From assembly GCA_001724265.1 (NCBI GenBank), contig MEDY01000051.1, forward strand, positions 62,001-105,669: a stretch of DNA of 43,669 nucleotides, read 5' to 3'. A program made the translations under genes and the position numbers. The notes beneath the pieces are model-generated. The model saw only the letters and a list, made by a program, of their open reading frames with translations, did not search any database and was not told the origin of the DNA. This stretch comes from Rhizaria sp. SCN 62-66. Taxonomy: Eukaryota. Of this stretch, positions 34,401 through 43,669 are shown piece after piece; positions within the stretch are counted from its first letter, which is position 1, and every line of letters begins with the position of its first letter.

Positions 34401-36144
34401 GCACCCAGTCAAGGTCAGTAAGGTCGAGCTTGAACTCGGCCTTCTCGTCCTCGCGGATCATGCTGTATACGGAGCGTACGTTACGGTTGTCGTACACCCA
34501 CTGGTTCTCAACAAAGTGCTTGAACGCCTCAATCAACACACGCACTTGCCTGCAAGTCGCGGAAAAGAAAGAAAAAGTGCACATGTGAGTAATGATTGGT
34601 TTGAATAACGAAGGCAACAAAACGTTGAAGGAACAAAGCAGTTCCTTCAAACAATAGAAGAGTGTTTAAAGTGGGAATGTCTGGGCATCTCGGCACACCG
34701 ACGTTACTGAAAAAACGTCAGCGTTTCCTATATCCGCTCAAGTACTTTTTAGCATCAACCCGGCACGACTAACCCCTTATTCTAGGAAAGTCGCGTGGCA
34801 AAGGGACGTGCAGAAGTTGTGTTGTCTCTAAAGACAAACGCAACTTATCAACAGAAATATCTAGCAAAATATGAGACGGGAAGATGGTACGTACCAAAGA
34901 AGCTTCTCGAACTGCTGCGCCTTAGCCTTGTAGGAGTCGGTGCCGACGAGCGCGAGCGTCTTGAGGATGCTGGCGGGCAGCGAGTACTGGAGCAGGAAGC
35001 GTAGCTGGTAGGCCTGCGGCGAGGGCACGAAGTTGAACTCCACGGGGCCGATCGCGCGCGGCGGCGGGTGGCGCTGGAAGAACTGCTTGACGACATTGAG
35101 CGGGTACTCCCACGGCATCGGGTTCTCGGAGGAAGACGCGGCGTGGCAGATGAAGTACTTGCCGCGCTTCTCGAACACCGCGGGCACGGCGGCGATGATG
35201 GCGTTGGAAACGTAGTCGACGGGGATGACGTCGCCGACATTCTGCGGAGAGCCGGGGAGAAACTTGACTACACCCATGCCGACGGCGATGTAGACGGCGC
35301 CGGCGGCAGAGACAACGTCGACCCAGCCGGGGACGGGCTCGGACCAGGCGGAGCCGACGATCGAAGGGCGGCAGATGACGAGTGGGATGTCGCCGCGGTG
35401 CTTGATCAGCAGCTGCTCCGTCATAGCCTTGGTCATCGTGTATGTGTTGGGCCACGAGTGCAGCAGGCCCGTCGTGGCAATGTTCTCGAGCTCCGAGGGA
35501 GGCATCTTGCGCACACGCTCGACCATCTCCTCGGGGTCGAAGCCCAGCGGGTAGACTTTCTCCTCGATCAGCCCGTTAGCGCGGTTCGAGTTGACGTAGC
35601 AGGTCGAGACGTGGAGGAACGCGCCGATGTTCTTACACTTCTTACCAATCTCGAGCATGCGCAGCGAGCCCATGGCGTTGAGCTCGATGGCGCGGTCAAG
35701 GCGCTCGTTGAAGTCAACGACGGCGGCGCAGTGAATGATGATGTTAACGTTATCGTAGAGCATCTCACGGTCAGACTCGGAGATGCCTACGTGGTTCGCG
35801 GTGAGCTCACCAGCAACAGCAACGAGCTTGTCAGTGCAGAAAGCATCGAAGTCAGGGCGCTTAGAACGCAGAGTGGTGAAAATCTCGGAGCCGAGGATTT
35901 CCTCACGCATACGCGCGTCAGGGGTCTGGTCCTTGCGGGGACGCACAAGCACATAGACACGCTTGACATCCGGGCACGAGCGGAGGAGCTTCTCGAGCAC
36001 AACCTTGCCGACGAAGCCGGTGGCGCCAGTGAGGAAGACGCAACGACCACGGTAAGTTCCGATAATCGAAAGGTCGCGCACCTGCGGAGGAAGGTGCTCG
36101 CCGTAGACGTTGTCCTCCGGCGCCATACCGGAAGAATCAGCCAT
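31469..36144 (-). CDS. FARAT: Bifunctional fatty acyl-CoA reductase / DHAP(GPAT)-acyltransferase fusion (FARAT-type), peroxisomal, ~1244 aa, 5 exons
   Basis: Exons 36144-34895, 34549-34234, 33969-33943, 33880-33353 and 33082-31469 splice in frame at GT-AG sites. FAR motifs: FLTGATGFVGKVVLEKLL and NTYTMTK (YxxxK). Acyltransferase motifs: PTHRSYID (HxxxxD), GAFFMRR, FIEGTRSRSG. C-terminal -AKF is PTS1-like. Stop TAA. Confidence 0.9.
33195..33300 (-). ncRNA. Intronic box C/D snoRNA, snR72-like (predicted guide for the LSU Am876-equivalent site)
   Basis: Box C GTGATGA (33295-33289), box D' CGGA (33263-33260), internal hairpin, C'-like GGATGA, box D CTGA (33203-33200). The 12-nt guide ATTTGCACGTCA is complementary to conserved LSU UGACGUGCAAAU. 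The D'+5 rule selects the A of CUGAC. Confidence 0.8.
33994..34132 (-). ncRNA. Intronic box H/ACA snoRNA, snR34/U65(SNORA65)-like, copy in FARAT intron 2
   Basis: Hairpin - H box AAAGTA (34067-34062) - hairpin - ACA+3 nt. Pocket 1 (TGCCAC / GCCGG) fits LSU CUGGC-Psi-U-GUGGCA. Pocket 2 (ATAGGAA / GCCGA) fits LSU UCGGC-Psi-C-UUCCUAU, 14 nt from the ACA box. Confidence 0.88.
34675..34813 (-). ncRNA. Intronic box H/ACA snoRNA, snR34/U65-like, copy in FARAT intron 1
   Basis: A 139-nt copy of 33994-34132 with only 3 substitutions. Boxes and guide pockets are identical. Confidence 0.88.
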
Positions 36145-36991
36145 GGGGCGACTCTGTTCTGTGATGGCACGAAAAGACAAAGCAACAATGACAAAATAAA
36201 CAGGACAACAGAGGTCAATGCGTGTCAGCTCAGAACGAGGGGAGGACCAAATCTTGCCGCCAAAACGAAACACTCATATACACTGCAGAAACAAATTGCG
36301 ACAAGTCCCACTTTTAAAACATAAGCACTTCACGACATGGACCATCTTAAGCAATTCATAAAACATTGAAGCCATGTTAAAATCGCGTGTAATGCTCTAT
36401 TCCCGATTGGCCTCAGGACCCACGCATCGACCGACTCGTCCGACGCGGCCAAACTTCGCCCCAGTCTGACTCGACTGCCAACCAACAGCTGCAAGCAACC
36501 TCTCTCTCTGTCCCGTCCGTTCGTGAAAAATCGGATCAAGAAGAAGCAAGAGTCTGTTGTGTGGTCTGAGTTAAGAGGGGGTTGATTTCTGCCTGAAACA
36601 TCTGTGTGTCGTTCTGCAGCGAAATTATTGTGAGCTCGTTGCGCAGATCTTTCTATTGATGATATTGTTCTTGCACCAGGACGGATAGATGTCGTACAAT
36701 TCGCATCGCAGCTCCAACCACGAATCACATTTTGTTTCCTCAACGCCTACCCTCTCACGACCATCCAGCCCACGAAGATATTGCCCAATGGTCTGGATGA
36801 CACGTTTTTATGACTGACACGTATATTATTGTCAACATATTCTCACTACACTCTCACACTGACTCATCTTATGGTACAATCTCAACCTGCCTTCCTCTCA
36901 CTCTACCGAACTCACCATCAACTCGACGTTTGACCTGATCTCTCCCCCTTCATTCCCCTTGACACTGCTTCGGCTGCAACAGAGGGCTGCG

Positions 36992-37834
36992 ATGTCTTAC
37001 GACCGTGCCATTACCGTGTTTAGCCCCGACGGCCACCTATTCCAGGTCGAGTACGCCATGGAGGCCGTGCGTCGCGGTGGCGTTGCCATCGGCGTCGTGT
37101 CCAGCGACACCATCGTCTTCGGCGTCGAGAAGAAGAACGTCGGTCACCTGCAGGACCCGCGCACGATCCGCAAGATCTACAAGCTTGACGAGCACCTTAC
37201 GCTCACCTTCGCGGGCCTCACCGCCGACTCGCGCAACCTCGTGGATCGCGCGCGCATCGAGTGCCAGTCGCACCGCCTGACCTTCGAGGAGCCGGCCACG
37301 GTGGAGCACATCGCGCGCTTCATCGCTGAGACGCAGCAGAAGTTTACCCAGCGTGGTGGCCGCCGCCCATTTGGCCTCAGCACGCTTATCGCCGGCTTCG
37401 ACCCCAACGGTGCGCCCCGCCTCTTCCAGACGGACCCCTCCGGCACCTACACCGAGTGGAAGGCCTGCGCCGTCGGCCGCAGCTCCACCGCTATCACCGG
37501 CCTGCTCGAGCGCATGTACTTCAACGAGGAGGCGCCCAAGGAGGGCGACAAGGACTCCGGCGAGAGCAAGTCCAAGGTGGCGTCGGACGAGCAGCTCGCC
37601 GCCGCGCAGGCCGCCGCGGACCCTGTGCGTCTGGCGCTCAACGCGCTGTCCGAGGTCGTCGACGGTGGCGCCAAGGGCGTCGAGGTCGCTATCATCAAGA
37701 ACAAGAAGTCGTTTGAGCTGATGCCCGCGGCGGACGTCGAGGCCGTGTTCAAGAGCATCAAGGAGGAGAAGGAGGAGCTCGCCAAGCAGGGCAAGCTGCC
37801 CGAGCCTATTGTCCTCGACTCCGAGAGCTACTAA
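36992..37834 (+). CDS. PSMA7: 20S proteasome subunit alpha type 7 (alpha4/Pre6), ~280 aa
   Basis: MSYDRAITVFSPDGHLFQVEYAMEAVRRG, FAGLTADSR, TQRGGRRPFGLS, LFQTDPSGTYTEWKA. Strong C/G third-position bias. Stop TAA. Confidence 0.95.
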   Translation: MSYDRAITVFSPDGHLFQVEYAMEAVRRGGVAIGVVSSDTIVFGVEKKNVGHLQDPRTIRKIYKLDEHLTLTFAGLTADSRNLVDRARIECQSHRLTFEEPATVEHIARFIAETQQKFTQRGGRRPFGLSTLIAGFDPNGAPRLFQTDPSGTYTEWKACAVGRSSTAITGLLERMYFNEEAPKEGDKDSGESKSKVASDEQLAAAQAAADPVRLALNALSEVVDGGAKGVEVAIIKNKKSFELMPAADVEAVFKSIKEEKEELAKQGKLPEPIVLDSESY

Positions 37835-38470
37835 GCACGTCAAGGTAACTACACTGAATACGCAACAACGGCGTCAAGCACTTATGCACGGCTCTTGAGT
37901 TTGTGTACGGGCTTGTGTCGATTGCATCGAACGCTAGTTAGTTAGTTTAGCACAAACTGGACCGTTTCTTTTCATTGAACGGAAGAAACGTGAACAAATT
38001 GTCATGAAAATGTTGATAATATGATCGCACAAATAACAACAAAAACAAATATTTACATAACAATATATACATAAACAAACGATGTTGAACCAAGACTGTC
38101 CATAGGTACCAAGCGTGAAGAACGCGATATGTATTGAAATTGATTTGGGATTGTTTATTACTACTGGAGGGTTGAAACCAATCGTATAAATAAATGGGGT
38201 TCAGTTGTTATATATCGTTACACTGCAATACATTAACAGCTGGTGGCTGTGTGCAAGTGTTGCATATGAAAGAGTGAATATGTAGTGTGTGTTAAGTAAT
38301 TTGAAACATTGCGCCAATTTGCCTGCTCATGGTCACTATGTGGGAGCAGAGACAAAATCAAACACAAAGCGTGTGCCTATATAGAAAGTGCTGTTTTGAT
38401 GTCAAATATCTACAATATTAATGTGTGTGAGCCGAGATCACACGTTTTCATGACATGCTGTGACACGTGT

Positions 38471-41311
38471 TTACTGCATCACAATCGACTGCACGACGGT
38501 CGAGCCCGACATGTTGTGGCCATGAGCATGGCTGCGATCACATTCACAGTTATCAATATCAATAGCAGCATGTTCGCTGTTGTTCGAATTTGCGTTCTCG
38601 TCGCTGTCCGTGCACGCCATGCTCTGCGGCGACAGCGTCATCATGTCACTGAGCCTCACACCGCGTCCGACACCAGCACCGAGACGAGAGCTATTAGACG
38701 TCGTCGTTATCATAAGAGATCCGCGTGTAGAAGCGTGAGCAGCACTGTTTGCAGTTGGCAACGACTTGTTGAAGCATTCAGTGAGATCCTGGAACGGATT
38801 GCCTCCATGGAGAAAGCCCTGGCGCTTCATCGCAGCCCCCTTGGAGGGAGTGCTGCCGTTCCCGCCGATCATAATGACCGAGTTTAAGGGCATGCAGTTC
38901 GTCACGCCGGGGATAGACGCGTTGTTGTGGCCATCGTTTGCGTTTTCGGCACTCAGCGACGGACGGGCCTCCGTGTTCATGCCGAGCAGCCAGCGCTGGT
39001 TGCGCGTGAGCCTGGACGACGGAGTGCCCACTGGGACTGCAGTCGCAACAGAGACGCCGCTGGTATTGTTCGTCGTCATCGTCGTCGCAGGACGCGCAGC
39101 GGGCAGAGTGGCCGCGGGCAGAGTGGGCAACGAGAGCTCAGCAATAGGCTCGAGCGAGCGACGTGCAGGAGCGGAGCTACGTGTGCGCTTCGCAATGAAC
39201 TCAATGTTGCTATGGCTGCTTTGGATGCCATTGCTGGCCGCGATCGCAGTCGTTGTTGTGAGCTGTTGAGTCGGTGTAAAGGTATTTTTCGCGCTATCTG
39301 CGCTCGCATTCGCAGGCACGTTTGCCTGAGACACTGTAAGCACCAGGGCCGAGGGACTGCACATAGCGCGCGCGTCTCCAGAGACAACGGGCCCGTTACG
39401 CACGGCTGCGGGAGTTGCCGCGCTCGCACTGCTGTTAGCGCGGGACACACTAAAAGTAGGGCCGGGCGCCGAAGCAGGCGAAAGGAAGCTCGACGCAGAG
39501 CTAGGGTAGAGCACGCAGCTTGACGTGTTGGCAGCAACACCAGAAGCGTTAGCAATGGGGGTGTCGCAGTACTCACCAGGAGTAACAGCGTTGTCATTGA
39601 GTGCACGAGAGACCGTAACAGCGGCTTGTGCAACAGCACTAGCAGCGTAGGCTCGCGCGCGCCCACGGCGACCGGAGGGCGTCTTCAAGGAGCTTGATGG
39701 GGTTAATGGAGCGATGAAACCACCGGTTTGCTGCTGTTGCTGCTGCTGATGAACCATCAACTGCGGGCAAAGCGGCGAGTACGGCACGTTCGCTGGGTGG
39801 GTGCTGTGTGCAGCGCCCCGGTGCGGATGCGGCGGGGTGCGGCTACGCGCACGAGCACCGCCACTGAAGCCGCCGGCACCAGAGTTGGGTGTCATGTTAA
39901 CTGCATTAGCGGCGGCAGCGGCGGCGTTCGTGGCAGCGACAGCTGCGGCAACAAGCGCGGCGGTGGACGCAGAGCGCAGCGAACGGCGGCGGGCAAACAG
40001 CAACTCATCGTTGTTAGCAGTGGCAGTGCTGGTGCTCGTCATCGTCGTCTCGATGGCCGAGTTTTGGGCGTTGTTAGCGCGAGCGCGAGTGCGCGAACGG
40101 GTCGGAGTCGGAGTCAGGTCTCTGAACATAAAGCCACCGGTCGGCGCGCTCACGTTGTTCGCGACAACCGCGGCGGCGTCAGTCAACGTGGGCTTGCGCG
40201 AGAGACGTGGGCGGCCGACGCGGCGATCCGCGCGGCGGCGACGCGAGCCGCAGTCGCTTTCACTTTCGCTGTCGCTGTTGTTGGCGTCGCTGCCATCGCC
40301 GTTGTCGCTGCTGTTGTTGTCCGTACTGTCGTTAATGCTGCCGATGCTATTGCGACGGCTGTTAGTCCCGCCGATAGCGGCGTTGATAGCGGCGACGCGC
40401 GCAGCGGTGACGGCGGCAGTGGTCGGAGCTGCAAACACAGAACTCGTACTAGCGGTGCAAGTGTTGCTTGTGTTACTGCTCGCTGACGTGAACGAACCGT
40501 TCAAGTGCCTGCGCCGGCGAGAGCGCAGCGAGATCAGCGTGGTCTGTTGTTGTTGCAGCAGCAGCGTCTTGCCGAGCGAGTCGTGGTAGAAAGACGGCGG
40601 CGGCAGCAGGCACACCGTCGAGGCGTTGCCCGACGCAGTGGTACTGTTGACGTAGCGCAGCACGTTTTGCGTCATGAACGCACCGAACGACGTTGACGTG
40701 GTCGTCGCGCCGGTCTCAGCACTGCTGTTAGACGTGGTCATCATACTTGTGGCAGCGTTCGCAGTGCTGGTGGTGGTGCCTGGGAGCGGGGGCGCGAGGG
40801 GGCCGCAGCGGGCGCGATCGGGCGTAGCGCCGGAGCTAATGCCAAGGCGGCGCGGGCGCGCAAAGGAGACATGCATGGCCGTGCAAGATGACGATGATGA
40901 TGCCAGGGACATTTCGAGGGTGCAGCGAGAGGTTGCAGGTCCAGAGACACGAGTCGAGGTGGACAGAACGCCGCTGACCGGACAAACAGTAGACATCAGC
41001 GACGGATGGTCATCAGCACCGAGAGACATGTGTGAGTTCCACACAGGGCTGTTGCGAGCAGCGGGAGCAGTCGTGGTTGCCAAGGTAGAGGTAGCTGTAG
41101 AGATGTGCGGAATAGCCGTTGAAAGACTCATCACGCGTGTCTCTGCAGAAACAACAGAAGCGGTGACTTTCGCAGTGGACAAAGCAGAGTACGCGGAGTC
41201 AAAGGAACAAGTACTCTCCTTCATAGACGTGAAAGTCTGTGTGGAATGGGTGCCGTCTGAGATAACACAGGCGTTGCGAGAGAAACCATTGTGCTTCGTG
41301 GAGATGCTCAT
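38471..41311 (-). CDS. Orphan Ser/Thr/Ala-rich intrinsically disordered protein (~946 aa; start uncertain)
   Basis: Uninterrupted 2.8-kb frame in GC-rich sequence flanked by AT-rich DNA. ATG 41311 follows an acceptor-like CTATTCAG. Many SP/TP sites, no recognisable domain. Stop TAA. Confidence 0.65.
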   Translation of the reverse strand: MSISTKHNGFSRNACVISDGTHSTQTFTSMKESTCSFDSAYSALSTAKVTASVVSAETRVMSLSTAIPHISTATSTLATTTAPAARNSPVWNSHMSLGADDHPSLMSTVCPVSGVLSTSTRVSGPATSRCTLEMSLASSSSSCTAMHVSFARPRRLGISSGATPDRARCGPLAPPLPGTTTSTANAATSMMTTSNSSAETGATTTSTSFGAFMTQNVLRYVNSTTASGNASTVCLLPPPSFYHDSLGKTLLLQQQQTTLISLRSRRRRHLNGSFTSASSNTSNTCTASTSSVFAAPTTAAVTAARVAAINAAIGGTNSRRNSIGSINDSTDNNSSDNGDGSDANNSDSESESDCGSRRRRADRRVGRPRLSRKPTLTDAAAVVANNVSAPTGGFMFRDLTPTPTRSRTRARANNAQNSAIETTMTSTSTATANNDELLFARRRSLRSASTAALVAAAVAATNAAAAAANAVNMTPNSGAGGFSGGARARSRTPPHPHRGAAHSTHPANVPYSPLCPQLMVHQQQQQQQTGGFIAPLTPSSSLKTPSGRRGRARAYAASAVAQAAVTVSRALNDNAVTPGEYCDTPIANASGVAANTSSCVLYPSSASSFLSPASAPGPTFSVSRANSSASAATPAAVRNGPVVSGDARAMCSPSALVLTVSQANVPANASADSAKNTFTPTQQLTTTTAIAASNGIQSSHSNIEFIAKRTRSSAPARRSLEPIAELSLPTLPAATLPAARPATTMTTNNTSGVSVATAVPVGTPSSRLTRNQRWLLGMNTEARPSLSAENANDGHNNASIPGVTNCMPLNSVIMIGGNGSTPSKGAAMKRQGFLHGGNPFQDLTECFNKSLPTANSAAHASTRGSLMITTTSNSSRLGAGVGRGVRLSDMMTLSPQSMACTDSDENANSNNSEHAAIDIDNCECDRSHAHGHNMSGSTVVQSIVMQ

Positions 41312-41915
41312 ACAGATTCTGAATAGACAGAAACAGATATGAGGGGGCTGATAAGGCCTAGTGCACGTGAAAACATAGCATGTCATAGTCAAAATATGTG
41401 AGCATATGATATCAAGATATATCAAAAAATTAATTCAATCTCACTCAGTACTCCTCTCCCAAAAGTCAAGTAACCGCTCTCCAAGCCGTTAGGCAACTTG
41501 CCTCAACTTACCACAGTTACAAACATCAATAAACGTTCGTCACTGCGAGTACAATTTGAAATTGATAAGTAACAAGTTCTATTAATTCCATGCATTCGTA
41601 TACAATTTCATAAGCATGTGGGTATAACGGCGATCTCGATACTTTTTCTACTCTCTTCAACTCGGCCGTCCAACGTCTCTCACAAACGGCTCTGACAGCG
41701 GTGGTGGCTCGCGGCGGTCCACCGCAGTCGGTCAGTCGCTGACCGGAGTGCGGTCACCCGCGCCAGATGTGAGAGCTAACTTTACCGCTTGTGAGCTCAG
41801 TCTATTATCCGTCAACAAGAGTGCCCGTGGTATGAATAGCTTTGTATCTTAGTTTATTGTCTTATTCTAAATTCTCATTCCGTCACCTTTTGAATGTACT
41901 GTGCAATAGCCTATC

Positions 41916-43043
41916 ATGTCTACGGAGGCCGCTCCCAAGACTCTGCCGATCTCTTTCGTCGAGGTCACCAAGCACAACATCGGCCAGGTACGCATATATA
42001 AACCATTGTCAATATATGGAGATAGGCCTCATATATTTTGTCGAAGTCGTGCTCACACACTTGTTGATCTTGTTTGTTATTGCTTTGCTTCCGTGCAGAT
42101 CCGCGTCCTCAACAACGCCCTCATCCCTGTGCCCTACTCCGATGCCTTCTACAAGTCCCTCATCGAGATGTGGCCCATCGACAACCCTCTCGTTCAGATG
42201 GGTACGCATTATTGATGCTGTCCTGCTCATATTGTTTCAATGCATTATCTTGACTGTCATCTGCTCCTTGTAAGCACTTGATCTATGTCGCGCACATCTC
42301 TCACTCTCCTTTTTTTTTCTCTGTAATGCATTGTTATATCTCGCTCGAAACCAACTGAACTCTGACACCCTCTCATGGTCACTTGTGCCACAACGTAACC
42401 TCCCTGCATGCCAATGCACAGCCTTCCACAACGACGTCCTGTGCGGCGCGCTGACCGCCCGCCGCGAGGCCATCGTGACTGGCGAGGCCGCCGGCGCCGC
42501 GGCCCCCACGGTCCTGCGCCCCACGGACGAGTACGTCCCCGTCGGCGGCGGCGCCAAGAAGAAGGACAAGGCCACCCCCGTGCGTTCCCGCGTCTACATC
42601 GCCACGCTGGGCGTGCTAGCGCCGTACCGCCGCCGCGGCGTCGCGAGCAGGATGCTCGAGCGTCTGCTCGCTTACTGCGGCAAGAAGGAGACTAACATCG
42701 CCGAGGCATGGATCCACGTCCACACAGCCAACGAGGAGGCCGTCGCGCTTTACGAGAAGCACGGCTTCGAGCGTGTGGAGACGCTTGAGGAGTACTACCG
42801 TGTACGTTGACAACTACTCCTTATGATACTGTTGTTGTTGCGACATCTTTCTCACTGATTCGACACCAGACAGTCCACTTGTTTGCTACATGACAAATAG
42901 TTGTGTTTTAACGCATATCGTATCCACTGTGTTTGGTTTGTGCTTATTATGTCACTTTACCCCGCGTTTCGTTGCTACTTTTGCTTTTGTAGGAGGGCGT
43001 CGTCACTCCCCGTAGTGCTTACATCTATGTCAAGAAGTTCTAA
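41916..43043 (+). CDS. NAA50: N-alpha-acetyltransferase 50 (NatE catalytic subunit, GNAT), ~201 aa, 4 exons
   Basis: Exons 41916-41987, 42099-42201, 42422-42801 and 42993-43043 splice in frame. Motifs NIGQIRVLNNALIPVPYSDAFY, YIATLGVLAPYRRRGVAS, IHVHTANEEAVALYEKHGF, EEYYR. Stop TAA. Confidence 0.88.
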
Positions 43044-43603
43044 GTTAGACACTCGTTGCGAAACCGCCCATTCATTGTGGCACAACAATATCTAGCCGGG
43101 TTTGCATGATGCAACGATGGTGTACCAGAGTGAGATGTTTTGTGTTGTGAGTTACAGTAGTATAGGGTAGAAGCCGCTTCTACCTTATAATACTACTTTA
43201 CCATGGAGAGAGAACAGTGACTGAGACTAAAAAACAACTGCAGTCGTTGTTCTGACAGCATGATCTTACAGCAGCAAGCGCCATGCCTAGATGCATAAAC
43301 AGTTGCATCTGCATACAAGAGCGATTGACATCACTCGGTTGAAGTACGGATTGACTGTTAACATGAATGAGACAAAGACTAACTTAAGATGTGATATAGT
43401 GAAGAATATAGCACAGGAAACCACGCTTACAAAGAAAAACACCAAAGAATCTAACAAATAATACAAACAGCCAGAATAGACATGTGGTTAGACTCAATAA
43501 TTCACATAGAAGTTGCGAAGCATGATACCATGTTATCCGTATTCAAGGGCTATTTTTGTATTTTCGGATGTTATGTAACCCCTATGTAGCGTCAACTAAA
43601 AAA

Positions 43604-43636
43604 CGCGAATTCGCGCTTTTTTTGCGACTTTGGCGC
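43604..43636. promoter_or_regulatory. Candidate E2F-like sites and 12-bp palindrome, possibly the promoter of a gene beyond the window
   Basis: Palindrome CGCGAATTCGCG at 43604-43615 between A and T runs. TTTGGCGC at 43629-43636 matches the E2F consensus TTTSSCGC. Confidence 0.3.
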
Positions 43637-43669
43637 ACTTTCGTAGAAGTTATCAAACTACGTGGTTTA

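Noticed and set aside
33994-34813. The 139-bp repeat as a MITE/SINE, CRISPR unit or assembly duplication
   Set aside because: No terminal inverted repeats, target-site duplications or spacers. Flanks are unique, and H/ACA boxes plus rRNA-matching pockets explain the boundaries.
36871-36991. ATG|GTACAA...CAG| giving an MRAA N-terminal extension to PSMA7
   Set aside because: The donor is weak and the conserved family start MSYDRA is at 36992. More likely a 5' UTR intron, and undecidable without reads.
1-43669. A suppressor tRNA(CUA) or eRF1 gene in the window
   Set aside because: No tRNA cloverleaf or release-factor motifs found by eye. The decoding machinery must lie elsewhere.

Overview
Gene-dense eukaryotic (protist-like) nuclear DNA. 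Exons are GC-rich, short GT-AG introns are AT-rich (donors mostly GTACGT/GTATGT), and intergenic spacers are small. I reconstruct nine complete genes: an ankyrin-repeat protein, an IQCE-like coiled-coil protein, a large acidic NO66/RIOX1, a PHD + degenerate sirtuin protein, an ASPM-like protein, a FAR-acyltransferase (FARAT) fusion, proteasome alpha4, an orphan disordered protein and Naa50. A low-confidence partial gene sits at the left edge. The main signal is a probable non-standard nuclear genetic code: five TAG codons interrupt otherwise continuous reading frames (one inside a CAG/CAA polyQ tract, one opposite CAG in a tandem repeat, one inside a conserved IQCE motif), while all nine genes end in TAA or TGA. 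This suggests UAG=Gln with UAA and UGA kept as stops. The second signal is that three FARAT introns carry snoRNAs: two near-identical snR34/U65-like H/ACA copies and one snR72-like C/D RNA. All homology calls are from recalled motifs, not database searches.
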